DNA of 63,851 bases, the filler included, from Guillardia theta CCMP2712 (taxonomy: Eukaryota; Protista; Cryptophyta), in NCBI RefSeq assembly GCF_000315625.1. It is 5 parts of 5 records of this genome, joined end to end, with 100 filler letters (N's around TTAATTAATTAA, not from the genome) between each part and the next. Parts side by side here need not be neighbours in the genome. Positions count along the whole stretch, not along the records: positions 1 to 21,253 come from NW_005434355.1; 4 more parts are not named here. One strand, written 5' to 3'. Positions 1 through 11,724 of this stretch are shown piece after piece; position 1 is the stretch's first letter; each line of letters opens with the position of its first letter. The notes below the pieces were generated by a model, which saw nothing but the letters and a program-made list of their open reading frames with translations, was not told the DNA's origin and made no database searches. The position numbers were made by a program, and so were the translations under genes.

Positions 1-2805
1 CGTAGTCCTTGACCCATTGCTGGAGTGATCGCTGTTGGTGTCATCGATGCAATCCTCGATGGCAGCACTGGTGTCGGTGTCTGCATTGTACAGTTTGTGC
101 TTGCGGGACGAGGGATTGAGGAACTCCGGGTAGTTCTGCTGTAGGTAATCCATGTTGGCAAGCCTCAACCCAGATGTGCCATGCGTGAGGAGGTCCGCCC
201 AGTCAAAGTCGTAACCCCCCAAGAGGGAGCCCTGCACCCCCGCGGCCCACTTGTCCACCTTGGTGTCGCTCACAATTCCCCAGACATCCGACAGCTGCAT
301 ATCCGTGCAGACCCAGGTGGGCATCCACACGGCTTCCATCGTACGGTAAACCGCCAACCACTGCGAGAAGGTGGAATAGGACCCTGCAGAGCAGATCGAG
401 TAGAACTCCTGCGTCGTGGCGGCATCCAGAGCGGTCCCCTGCAATGACGCCGTCTGGCAAACACCCGTGGGAACAGAGCAGCTTGTGCCGTCTGTGGATT
501 TCCAACCGCAGTAGCAGCGGGTGGTGAAGGAGGAGAGATTCAGCCCGTAGGCCCCGTACGATGCCGTCTGCATACCCGTGAGATGAGGGGGCATCGTGTA
601 GGATGTCCCGCTGGCATCCAGGGTGATGCGGTTGCCCGAGGCCGAGGGGAGGATGTCATAGGCGACAGGCCTTACCGTGGATTGGGAGTTCCTGCACCGC
701 TGGCTCTTGGATGGCATGTACCTCACATCCCCTCCCCTGAATCCGTGATAGAACGGCGACTCTGCCTTGGCCTTGGAGAGCAGTGTCTGTACCGTCTCCT
801 CGATGCCGTCAACGTATCCCGAGGAGGGGTTCGCAGTGGCATCGTGCTGGTAGGCGCTGTAGATGGTGTCGAGGGCAAGCCCGTCCAGCGTGCTGTTGAG
901 AGGGAGGACGGCAAAGGTCTGCGAGAGAACGTTGGTGCACACCTGCCAGAGGTTCTGCGACGATTTCGGGTCGAGTATGTCCTCCGTGTCGTACCGGAGG
1001 ATGGGTTTCGAGGTGTCAAACAGGGACTCATCCTTGGCCTGCGTCTTTTGGCTCTCCGTGAGGTTGGAGGAGTATTCATTGAACATTGTCACATTGGTGT
1101 AGATGTCGATGATGTGCTGGTTGATCTTCTCGTAGATGCCCGAGAGCACATCCTCCGTCTCTAGGATGTCAAAGTTGATGCCCTGGATGTCCTTCGAAGT
1201 CCAGAGGTCCGGCTCGTTGGCCTTGCCGCAACGGAGGTTGTTCGTTCCGTCTCCGCACTGGCAGCCAAAGAGGAGGGTGTTGGTGAGGACATCGCGGAAT
1301 TGCCTCAGCTTCGCCCTCACCCCATTCTGCACTGCCTGTCGGAGCAGGTTGTTGCTGCTATCGGTGTTGAATCTCTTCAGCGTCTGGATGAAGCTGTGGA
1401 TGATTGCCATCCTTCCCGGCCCGCCGCAGGAGAAGGGAGAGACCTGCGGGCAGCATGCGTCTTGGGCCGGGTCGCAGCCTGCCGATGGAATCTGGAATGT
1501 GCGATCCAGGGTAGAGGAACGGTAGTACTGAAGGACCTGAAGCGAGCGCGATCCGCCCGACGGCCAGAGCTCGGCTGCGGAGAACGGCCCTAGGAAGTAA
1601 CAGTCGAAGAGCTGGTGGATGACATCCCCCTCCATCGAGAAGAAGTTGAGATCGAGCTCTGTGTTGGACCAGCCCAGCACCTCGGGTGTGAATAGCGCCC
1701 TGGCCTCCGCCGCCACCGCGTCGTACTCGTCCTGAACGGACTGGTACAGGGCCTGCGATCCGGGCACGTAGCTTACCGCATGCAGCGAGGCGATCGGGAC
1801 GCGGTTGCTCGTCCTCCCCGACCAGATGTATTGCGGGAGCTGGCACTGGGAGGAGAGCGAGGTGCTGAGGCACTGGCTGAACTCGTGGGCAATCGCCGGA
1901 TTGGGGTTCTGTGCCGGACCCGTGAAGACCTCGCAGCCATCGATGTCTGCATAGTCCGCATTGTCGGAGGAGAAGCTTGCGATGCTATACAAGAAGTAAT
2001 TCACACGGCTTGTGTTCATCAGGGTGAGGTAGCCGAGGAGGCAGGCATCCGTTCCGGTTCCCACGCGCACGGACTCGGAGAAGCAATTCAGCACCGATTG
2101 CTGGATGAATGAGGGGTTGTACACATTGTCGATGATGAATCCAAGGTTCTGCAGGTCGGGGTAGAGCTGGTAGTTGGAGATGTAGGCAGCCCCCGTGTCC
2201 CATACCTTGTTGGCAAAGTTGGAGCGGCAGCGCGTGAGCACAGTCCCAGCATCGATCCCCTGACGCTCCAACAAGGGGAGCGTTGGGCGGTAGGTGTCGC
2301 AGCTCCCAAACCGCGTGGTGGTTGCCATGCAACGCAGGTAGGCATCCATCCCCTTGCCCGTCGATGGGTTGTATCGGCATGCGTCGACCAGCTCCTGGAA
2401 CGTGTACGGGTTGAATATGAGGTATGGCTTGCCGTCGGACCTCAGGATCTGCATCACACCGGTGCACCAGAAGGCATGCTCCCTGATGCCCTCACCCCTC
2501 CTCGCGCTGTTGATGTGGTGTGCATAATCCCCGCACGCACACTTTGCAATGGTCGTCGTTGTGATATCCGGCAGCTTGCAGTGCTTCTCGTCGATGGTCT
2601 GCAGGACATCCATGAACCCGTAGACCACGCCTCGCATGTAGCTCAGCGTCGCATCCGCGGAGTGGTACAGCGGTGAGAGGTTGAGGGTGAATCCCAGGTC
2701 GATGAAACGGCTGGCCACCTGCGAGGCCGCGTTGTTCAGTGTGGAGGAGCTGCCGCCAAGGGCAAACGATTGGACGTCCTTGCCTCTTTCTTTGTAACCT
2801 AACAT
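1..2805 (-). CDS. Large intronless Cys-rich hypothetical protein, 3' end outside window; possibly large-DNA-virus derived
   Basis: Both ends of the minus frame starting at ATG 2805 translate in the same frame (e.g. KCACGD...FWCTGVMQILRSDGKPYLIFNPYTFQEL...VLTRCRSNF). The ORF track lists no terminated ORF in this frame, so about 935 codons appear open to the edge. The region is GC-rich with an abrupt switch to AT-rich sequence near 2790, suggesting 5' truncation. Confidence 0.75.
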   Translation of the reverse strand, partial: MLGYKERGKDVQSFALGGSSSTLNNAASQVASRFIDLGFTLNLSPLYHSADATLSYMRGVVYGFMDVLQTIDEKHCKLPDITTTTIAKCACGDYAHHINSARRGEGIREHAFWCTGVMQILRSDGKPYLIFNPYTFQELVDACRYNPSTGKGMDAYLRCMATTTRFGSCDTYRPTLPLLERQGIDAGTVLTRCRSNFANKVWDTGAAYISNYQLYPDLQNLGFIIDNVYNPSFIQQSVLNCFSESVRVGTGTDACLLGYLTLMNTSRVNYFLYSIASFSSDNADYADIDGCEVFTGPAQNPNPAIAHEFSQCLSTSLSSQCQLPQYIWSGRTSNRVPIASLHAVSYVPGSQALYQSVQDEYDAVAAEARALFTPEVLGWSNTELDLNFFSMEGDVIHQLFDCYFLGPFSAAELWPSGGSRSLQVLQYYRSSTLDRTFQIPSAGCDPAQDACCPQVSPFSCGGPGRMAIIHSFIQTLKRFNTDSSNNLLRQAVQNGVRAKLRQFRDVLTNTLLFGCQCGDGTNNLRCGKANEPDLWTSKDIQGINFDILETEDVLSGIYEKINQHIIDIYTNVTMFNEYSSNLTESQKTQAKDESLFDTSKPILRYDTEDILDPKSSQNLWQVCTNVLSQTFAVLPLNSTLDGLALDTIYSAYQHDATANPSSGYVDGIEETVQTLLSKAKAESPFYHGFRGGDVRYMPSKSQRCRNSQSTVRPVAYDILPSASGNRITLDASGTSYTMPPHLTGMQTASYGAYGLNLSSFTTRCYCGWKSTDGTSCSVPTGVCQTASLQGTALDAATTQEFYSICSAGSYSTFSQWLAVYRTMEAVWMPTWVCTDMQLSDVWGIVSDTKVDKWAAGVQGSLLGGYDFDWADLLTHGTSGLRLANMDYLQQNYPEFLNPSSRKHKLYNADTDTSAAIEDCIDDTNSDHSSNGSRTT

Positions 2806-4428
2806 GTACAAAGCATTGGCATTTTCTTACACAAAGTAAACTGAGCCTGACCAGCTTCTCTTATTCGCTGCATTCTCGCCCTTCCATCATCCTGATCTTT
2901 TCCTCGCTTGACACCCTTGGGCCAATGCGAGTTGCATGCTGCGATATCATCAATTGTTTGGAACCAAGCGATAAGTGGAACAAAGCGCTCAGGTGCTATG
3001 CAGGCTGCAATGCATCGCCGGCATTCCAACCATATGGATAAGTTTGCCAAACTTTGCGCTGCTCATATTACTTGCAGCGAAAGTCAACCATTCCAGATGA
3101 TAAGGACAATGTATGAGACTTGCGCAGAAGAATGTGCAAACACTTCCACACGACGGTGAGTGTGCACGATTCCACATACACAAGAATGCTGCGCAGAAGC
3201 ATCTACCAATTTCTTGTCTAACCACTCTTTTGATGAATGAGCATCGACTTCTCTAACATGTACATCAGGTCATGCAGGCTCATGGAGAAATGATGATGTT
3301 GTTAGCAACAACTTGGCTTTGTTTTATTGAAGTACGTTGAAAACATCACCTAGGCCGCTACATATTCCCATGTCCGCTTTGCAACAGTTCTAAACCACGT
3401 ATCACCATAAAGTTGTACATCATTCGACTAGTCCGATAACATCTTCATGTAGAGCCTCAGTTTCAAGCACAACGCGGTTTGGAGCGATACTGTGACTTGT
3501 TTGCCTGGTATGATTACATGTGACATGCTCTCTTACACAATTGAAGAGTATTGTAAAAATTTCAGTCAAGCGGTGCACAGTTCAGCCTTTCTTTCTTACT
3601 ATTCATCAAACATAGTGTATCAGACAGATGTCATCGTGTGGATCGACGCAAAATAAAGATGAACTCGAAGTTCTGTCTGAAAAATGACCCTTTGCAAGTA
3701 CTGATGGATCGAGAGCAAGTTCTTGATGCTGTATCATTAAGAAGTAAAATGACAGTCATTTGCCAGTACTTTACGACTCGTATCCATCAGCTTAAAATAT
3801 GCACACCTGAGTTTCATTCCATGAATCATCTTTCCTCCCGCATTCAAACTGAGAAACTCAGTGCTAGTCAACTCATGGGCATGGTTTCAGAGTTTGAATT
3901 CCCAGCAAGTTGAGGAAGGACAAGGCAGACAGAAGCGTGAAAGAAAGTTGAGGGTCATCAGGGAAGGTCTGACGAGAGTCTGAGACTCATGGACAGGGAA
4001 GGATAGGGATGCGCAAGTGTGGAGGGCAGGGAGATGGGGAGGGAGACACCCTCTGCTAAATGTATTTTAAAAGGTACCCATTACAGTACCAGACCAAGAC
4101 CTGTACCCCCCACCCCCCTGTCGCGTCCGTTGGGTTCGAATATTTGAAATACTACCACGCCTACCCATCAGGTTCTGGTACAAATCATTACTCCACTATA
4201 CAAGCGCTATGTGACCCTATCCAAAGACAAATAGGAACGATTGTTTACTTATCTAAGCTCTCAATTACCCCCGCCGTTGCCGTTGAACTTGCAGCGCTGG
4301 AAATGGATTTTTAAACCTTCCAATCCTTGGATTTTTTACTCACACACAAATTTTTGTACTGGAAAACGCCTGGATCTGGTACAAATCCCAATTGTCAGCA
4401 AGTTCCTTGACCCGACAACGCTATGGGA

Positions 4429-4805
4429 GATTGGCCGGGGGCCTGATCTCTCCGGGCGGCCGTGACCGGTCAGCGGACCGTGTCAGCAGGCCCGTGACAT
4501 GTCAGCCGGCTGACAGGGGCCGTGACCCGGCTGACAGGCTCACCTGACCGGTCACGTGACACATCACGTGACCGAGACAAGACTTTTTTATATCGCAGAT
4601 CCAAAAACCCATTGGACATTTCTCCCAGGGGGAAGAAAACCTCCCTTGACCCCCCTGTTTCTCGACGGATCCTGCCGGCCGGGCCCGTCAGTAGACCGAC
4701 TGCAGCCTTCAGCCCCGCCTCAGACCCCCTGGAGGCCCGCCAGGAGGCTAAGTGTCCGGAGCCTCGGATTGGCCGGGGGCCTGATCTCTCCGGGCGGCCG
4801 TGACA
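4429..4805. repeat. GC-rich block bounded by an approximately 38-bp direct repeat, with internal GTGAC/CCGG motifs
   Basis: GATTGGCCGGGGGCCTGATCTCTCCGGGCGGCCGTGAC occurs at about 4429 and 4768. Many CCGTGAC/CACGTGAC motifs lie at 4460-4575. Confidence 0.8.
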
Positions 4806-4819
4806 CCCCAGACGTTCTT

Positions 4820-7281
4820 ATGTTCCTGACAAGGATCGGACAGGGATACATGTTCTCTACTACCTCAATTTTTGGCAGCACTTTTCGTCGGTACTTCAAG
4901 CTTCTAGAGGACTACAACACATTGCAGAATGAGAACGCACGTCTAAATCAAGAGATTGTTGCTTTGCGGGAGAAGTCAGAACAATTGAAACCTTTATTTG
5001 ATATTCAGAAACTCACATTTGCCAACTTATGGCGCACGATTTTTCCGAAGAAGGAATATCCACAAGGTGTTGACAGCATGTCAGAAAGTGATCATCTCGG
5101 ATACCTGAGAACAGTTTTGAGTTGTCTACAGCCCGTCATTTGTATTTTGGAATCTTGCTTGCAAAACTTGAGTCCTGGTTATTCAATCAGCAAGATGTTT
5201 GGTTATCTGATTGCAATACCTCAGAGAAAAACCTCTGTGTTGAATTTGGAAAATTTTCTTTCCGGTTTTTCATCCTCGATCACAAAAACTCTCAGATGCC
5301 GTATCCTCTCAAACAATTCGATACGTATGGCTCTGCGTAGAATTTCTTCATGTTTGATGCCGACTGCTGAACAAATTGCAAGGGAGTCCCTGGAGAGGGG
5401 AATTTCGCATAGCTCTATTTGTCATGTATACTCGATGTATCACTACACGGGTATGATGCCTTGTCCCAAATTGGTCACAACTTCAAGAGCTCAGATCAAA
5501 AAGCATGTCCAAGAATTATTGGGGCTTGTGGAAACTGCAGATGGATACAGAATTCCTCTTGAAAGGAGACTCGAACTGCATTTGATGGAATACATGGAAC
5601 AACAACATGTTCATCTGTTGGACATCAAAAAGTTGCTTACATTGCTTGCGTTCGACGGAACAAGACTGGGTTCATCTGCTCAATCTAACTCATCGCATTG
5701 TGAATTTACCCTAACCTGCGCAGCTGTCTTTTCAAGATTTGTGGAAACACTTGTTAGGCAGCAGGAAGATTTTCTTAATTCCCCACTGTCTTTAGCTACA
5801 TTTCTTTTAATATGTATGGATGATACTATCGAAAATGTGAAGCGAAATTTTTGGGAAATGTATTTGCAAGAGCTGATTGCGCTCATCAAAGACACTACCT
5901 TAGATAATGGGAAAATTTTAAAGGCTGGGCTGCATTTCTATCGCGATCCTGAAACCAACCAACTTACCTGTCTTGGAGGTCGGGCACGGACAGCATCTTC
6001 TCTGGAAGATGTTCCAGAGGTGGTATTGCCCCTTGAAATTTACTTCAAGGGTGACATGAAAGGGTTTTGGAATCTGGTTGCGATGAAAGGTATCCGTGGA
6101 ACGCACTGCTGCTTGTTTTGCAACATCAGTACAAGTGCGAAGCATGAGATGTTTCACATAATCAATGTCGAGACAGAGCAATCTGTTTCTAATTTTTGTG
6201 CGGAAGTGTCGATACCTGTAGATTGCTTTTGGATTCTCAACGACGGTGCAGCTGAAGGCGGTTCAAACATTGTTCAATTATGTATGTTCAACCGCCAAAC
6301 TCTCAGTCAGGCTGACAAGGCTGCTCTGCGAAGTTCAAGATCATCAAATATGTTGCACGCAGGGCAAAGGGTAGTGGTTTTGAAGCAAGATGAATCTTTC
6401 ACGCGACAACATGACATGCTCAACCAATGTGGCTTAACATGCAAAAGTATGATTCTTTGCATGCTTCATCTCAAGCTGAGGATTACTTCATGCTTTGTCA
6501 AGTGGTTTTACAAAACAGCCACCAAGATGAGATTGCTCCAAGCTGTCAATCGTGTATTGGTGACATCTGGAATTAATTACAATCTGGAAGGATCATCTGA
6601 TAGACTACCAAGCTTGAATGGTGAGCAGTGCGATGATATGGTGGAAGTTGCTCTACCAAGAATTGTTGATGTGTTAATCAACGATTCTGTACTGAACAAT
6701 CAGTTCCAGTTCCAAGAGGTTTTCAAGATCTGGTCTCGAATCCTTTCTACAATCACAAAAACCCACAGAAATTATTTTCAACCCGGAGAGATAGAATCCC
6801 TACAAGGAAGGATCAATTCGTTTGTAATCAAGTACGTGTCTTTGACTGGCGACAAACAAATGTTTTCAGCAATTTACTTCCATATGTTGAGTTCGGGACA
6901 TGTCTCAGACCTTTTCCGTCATCACATGGATGTGAATGAACTGCCCTTAGGACTTCTCAGTATGAGCACCAACGAGTTAAGACATAAGGTAGAGTTTGCA
7001 TTGAACTTCGAACCTCATTCTTGCGTACTTAATGTACTTATCAGTTGCGGGGAAGAGGAGCATGGAGGCAAGCGGGTGCCCAAGCGAATAAGAACATGAA
7101 AAGGGATCTAGCGGCGGCAGGTTTGGATAAAGACAACGATGATCCTGAGGTTATCAGGCAGGCAGCGAAAAGACACAGAGGTTTGTACACGTTCATAAAC
7201 ATGGCTTGTAACCAGTTTGTCACGGGTATTTCCATTCTCTCCTTTCAACCTTCAAATGGTTCCATAATTGTGCTGGAATGA
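4820..7281 (+). mobile_element. RAG1/Transib/Chapaev-like DDE transposase
   Basis: Ordered motifs match the RAG1 core: AFDG (Asp 5654), FKGDMK (Asp 6053) followed by HCCLFC, CMLHLKLR, LNGEQC, YFHML..GH, and LGLLSMSTNELRHK (Glu 6974). A 56-bp GT-AG intron at 6989-7044 joins in frame to ORF 7045-7281. The 5' start is uncertain and no TIRs were identified. Confidence 0.8.
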
Positions 7282-8114
7282 GTCTCAACAGTGCACAAAA
7301 TGAAATCTCATGGCTTTTGAATTCATACTCACGAGTTCCCTTCTTCTCAAAGGTCTCACTTCTTGACTTCAACCACTGATTCAACTTCTTTTTGACTTCA
7401 GTCATATCTCGACAAATCCGATTGTACTCCGACGCAGAACAGAAAGTTGTTTGCACCATCTTTTCAACGAGGGATGCCGGGTTTGCCATGGAGAAGTGAG
7501 AGATTTCACAGTATTTGTTCTTTTTGACATTGTCTTCATGAAAAAATATGTACCCATGCACTCTGAAATTATCCTCGAGATCATCGTTGGCATGATCCAA
7601 CATGCAAGGAAAGCTGAAGAAACAAATGTTTTGTATAGCTTTTACATCGACCGTATCCTTGTAACTTGATTGAAAGCAATCACGGTTTCCAATTTTGGTC
7701 AAAATTCTTTTCAGGGCCCACACAGGGTACTCGATTAGTTGTAATGTTCTCGTCTACATGTTCCAAGAGGACTCGATCATACATGATGTACACTTCGACA
7801 ACCTGTGCATCTGAATCCAGCGATTTGATCATCCCCAGTCGATTCACTTCAACGCCCCTGTGATCTTCACACTGATATTGAACCCCTATGCCAGGCTCAA
7901 GTCTGATATTCAAATCACTCCTTGGCTTGTTCCAGTACATCCTGGGCAAGTCTCGATCATCAACTGACATCTGCAGGATCATTGGAAGCCTCAAATCTTC
8001 AGGTGTCTTTGACTCATCACAAGTCTCTTCCTGCTCCAAGGATGTGTCGAAATCTTCCTGCCTTCGCCTTTTCTGAATTCCATTTGATGCTGATACACGA
8101 CGAGGAAGATTCAT
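7220..8114 (-). pseudogene. Frameshifted (or mis-sequenced) gene with BAH-like domain, convergent on the transposase
   Basis: Overlapping ORFs 7680-8225 and 7220-7723 join by a shift near 7700 to give LGMIKSLDSDAQVVEVYIMYDR...RDCFQSSYKDTVDVKAIQNICFF. This resembles the BAH pattern (IARI..lw....v.v.wfyr...ELFLS...D.I.v.sI.gkC). Confidence 0.4.
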
Positions 8115-8639
8115 TTGTTCACAGTGTCTTAACTGGGGCCGCTGTGATGGATAGGGGAGCAGGGGGTGAGGAAAGGGAGCAGGGAGGGGCAGGGAAGCAT
8201 GGAGAGAGGGAGGGGAACCCCCCACACCTGGCTAGTCCGATGTACGACCGGTAATTTATCGTATAATTTAGGTATAAAGGTGGGGTAGAAGTATATACCC
8301 GTAGGCGAGTGACCCCTACGATTTCAAGAAAAATATTTACACTTGTAAGACCAAAACAGGAGATTACAATTCTTTATTGTCGGTTTTTCCATTTACTATA
8401 GAAGTAACATAAAAATTGTTCGGAAATGGACCCCACCCCTCTAAACGTATCATTTAGTACCCACCCCTGCATGTCGAACCCCCATCCCCACCCTCCGCTT
8501 TGTGTGGCCACCCGCCTCAGAGTGTCCAACACTTAGCCAAATTTTCACAATTCGAGTCAACACACAACTTGAACGCATCGTTGCATCTTTACGTCACCCG
8601 CGGTTCGAGGTTCCATACCATTTATGTAAGATCTAAACT

Positions 8640-9208
8640 TCAATTCCACAGCCACTCCAGTTCATCAGGTCTAGAGGTGCACTTGACTCGCAGTTTGCGA
8701 ACATAACTTGTCCATTTTAGCTGTCCACTTCGATTCGTCGAACTGCTACTGGCAGCTCCAATGTCGATCCAATTCAGGTATTGATGGGCATACTTCATGA
8801 AGAATTCATTCGTTTCTCGGACTGAAGGATTCCCCCGCTCTATACAAACCAGTTGGTCCATTTCCCTCCTTCTCGCTTCATTGTCCTGTTCGCTGTCCCT
8901 GATCACCTTCCTTATGAATTGATGAAAATGCCTCATGAAAAACTTCATATCTGTCAATCGTTTATCTTGGCTCTTCTGTGTCAAATCTTTTCCCCTCATA
9001 CGTTTCAGCGGTGGAAGTCCTTTTAAATTGTTGCCACAATGCCAAATGCTCCAGGCTGCCTCTGTTACTCCTGCTTCGTCCGATACTCGTATATCTTCCG
9101 GAAGAAGCCTCTGACCTTGGCACTGCTGTACTTCCGGCTGCTGCTGTGAATGAAGTGGCTCCTGACATACTTCCTCTTGCCGTTGTTGCACTTGCTGTGG
9201 TTGCACTA

Positions 9209-9243
<35 letters not shown>

Positions 9244-11724
9244 AGGTGCTGGAGCAATTCAAGTTGTTGCTGCTGCAAATTCTCTATCATCCGTTTCTGC
9301 ATGTCCCACCCTTCCTGTAGCTTTGCAACTACTTCTCGTAGTTGCATTTGCACCGTGAAGTTCTCGTGGCCATGATTTTGTTGCATAGATACTTCAAGCT
9401 GTTGTAGCAATAGCAGGCGATTTTCCTCATTCTTTCCCTGAGACTGTTTAAAATAGTTGACAATCTCCTTGAATTCCACCTCCATCTTTTGCATCATGCT
9501 GTCTTGCTTCAGTCTCAGCTGTTCATTGGCTGCCACCAGCTGTTCATTGGCTGCCACCAGCTGTTCATTGCCTGCCACCACTTGATCAAGCTTCTCTTGC
9601 AAAAGTTGTGTCTTCATCATCCACTGCTTTTCGTGAACCAGTGATGTGACATGAGGCGGACATCCAGTACTACGATAAATGGGAACCTGCACAGTGCACA
9701 TCATGTTCTCGGAACTTTCATTCATCTCTATGGGTACGTCTGTAGGAAGCAGAACTAAAACTTGCTCTTTCAGCTGTTCATAAATTCCAGTATCCCGAAA
9801 CAATGCGCAGCTCCATAATGGATGACTGGGGTCCAACTCCTTTCTCAAGTAATCGAAATGATACACAATGCTTGCTAAGCAATGTATCAGAATCCCATTC
9901 ATATTCCCTGGCAATGTAGGAAAACATAACTGAATCGTACTCTGTACTAATTCATCATTTCCCTTCTTGAACTGTGGAGGTAATGACGCAAACATCGCCG
10001 AATGAATGGGTAATCCACAGGCCGTACGACCAACAAACAGATCTGATGCAGCCTCGTACTTGAAGTAAGTCTTGGGAATTGTTCCGTTGTTCCAACTGGC
10101 TCGGTCAGAAACCGCGGTAACTGATGGACAGTGAGTAGAACCACTTGTACAATACGTCGCTGCACCCTACACGTAGGGTTCAAACAATCTTCACATCATC
10201 AATCAATATCTCACCTTTCGAATGGAGTGGGTGCCTAAATCCTCCTTGTTCATCCCAAGTCTTTGCAGCTCCTGACAGACAGCTTTCCGAATGGCTCGGT
10301 AATCATACGGAGCATCCTGTGCGTTAGAAGATTCATCACACTCACCCCGTTCGGGCAGTGTCATGACTTTCTGCAGACAATTGACAAAACGATGGTATTG
10401 ACTGCCACCTATCATGCCCAAAAAATGCATCATTATCAACCACATTTCATGCCAAGTACACCTGGAAACAACTTCCTGGTGTCTGGAGAATGACTCATAA
10501 GGTACACACCCATAGCAAGAATGGGGCAAATTGCAGGACAGATCGGATTGGCATATATTGATTTCGGCTCGTTCCGTTCTCCAACTTGATCTGTCTTGCT
10601 ATGAGGAAAACATATCCACATGTGATCGTCTTTCCATCCCATGTGTTGAAACAGAATCTCAGCCGTATTGACAGATCTGCAGATCAGATTCCAACTTAGT
10701 ATCAGGAAGGTACGACCAACTATTAAATCCATCTTCTTACATTTCAGCAACTCTCCACCCATTATGACATACAAACTAAAGGGTAATGGATCCTTGCCAG
10801 ATGACAATTTCGTTCCACTCACGGCTCTCTCATCTGCGATGGTGTTCTGAAGACCTTTATAGAAATCGGCTATCTGAACGTCGAACTTTCTCCTGTACGT
10901 TTTGGTCTTGTGGTGCCTTCTATAGAAATGCCTAACACCTGATCTCAAAGCTACGTATGACGAGAATTTCAACTTTTTTTTCATCATGACATTTACCACA
11001 TAGCTGGTCCATTGCTTGTATGAGAACCTTCTCGTGTTGAATGGTAACAATTCTCTTCTCTTCAACAATTCTTTGATCTTCTTGGTAATTGGACCACGAT
11101 TTCTGGGTTCGTTGTCTAAACAACTCTTGAATTCGTGATTCAAACAAAATGGTTTGGTTTCATACAACCATGCAATCAGCTGACTTACAGAACTGAAGTA
11201 ACATGCCTTCGAATTGTCCGAGAGCATCCTGTCTTTGACAGACTCGATTTTTTCTCTTGTTTCTTGTTCGTCCTCGCCTTCCATTTCCTCCACTTCCTCG
11301 TTATCGTCCTCGTCGTCGTCTTCTTCTGTGATCGTTCTCCTTGTTGCATACCCGTCTAGTTCTGTTAGTCCCTGAAACGTAGTCTTCTTCTGTGATCGTT
11401 CTCCTTGTTGCATACCCGTCTAGTTCTGTTAGTCCCTGAAACGTATTCCACAATTGATTCCGCGATTTGTTCTTCAGAGATGGAAGGAACAACTTTTGGG
11501 GTTTGCTGCTGCGCTGAAGTTTTTGGTCCCTTTGTTCCTTTTGGGTTGCGAGTCGAGCAACCACAATCACTCCACTCTTCACTCCATTCACTAGCACAAA
11601 GATGATGAAACATGTTTGAGCAGACAGTACATTGATACAGTTGAGCTGCGTCGTCCCTAACCTTGCATCGTGAACCGAACAAGCATTTCTGACGGCTACC
11701 TTGTGATCCAGCGGCTGTGGCCAT
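8640..11724 (-). mobile_element. Crypton-type DNA transposon tyrosine recombinase with N-terminal PHD-like Zn finger and poly-Q/GCR1_C-like C-terminus
   Basis: Removing introns 10461-10409 (53 bp) and 10214-10167 (48 bp) gives one frame with WNLICRSVN (R), HSKTDQ (K), GTHSIRKGAATY (HxxR), RASW and KTYFKY (Tyr). The N-terminal exon has C-x5-C...CxxC-x4-HHxC. A (CAG)n run lies at about 9210-9245. AWSIWHCG is GCR1_C-like. Confidence 0.88.
11318..11445. repeat. Perfect 64-bp tandem duplication inside the Crypton 5' coding region
   Basis: 11318-11381 = 11382-11445. Confidence 0.9.

Noticed and set aside
181-2676. Many short ORFs on both strands
   Set aside because: Shadows of the long GC-rich minus-strand frame.
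2830-3950. Possible degraded gene or 5' exons of the transposase
   Set aside because: Only short interrupted ORFs; no motif I can support.
8119-8125. CACAGTG as an RSS-like heptamer/TIR for the RAG1-like element
   Set aside because: No nonamer-like sequence and no matching inverted partner found on the other side of the transposase.
7220-8225. RAG2 homologue
   Set aside because: No kelch repeats or PHD finger; only a positional analogy.
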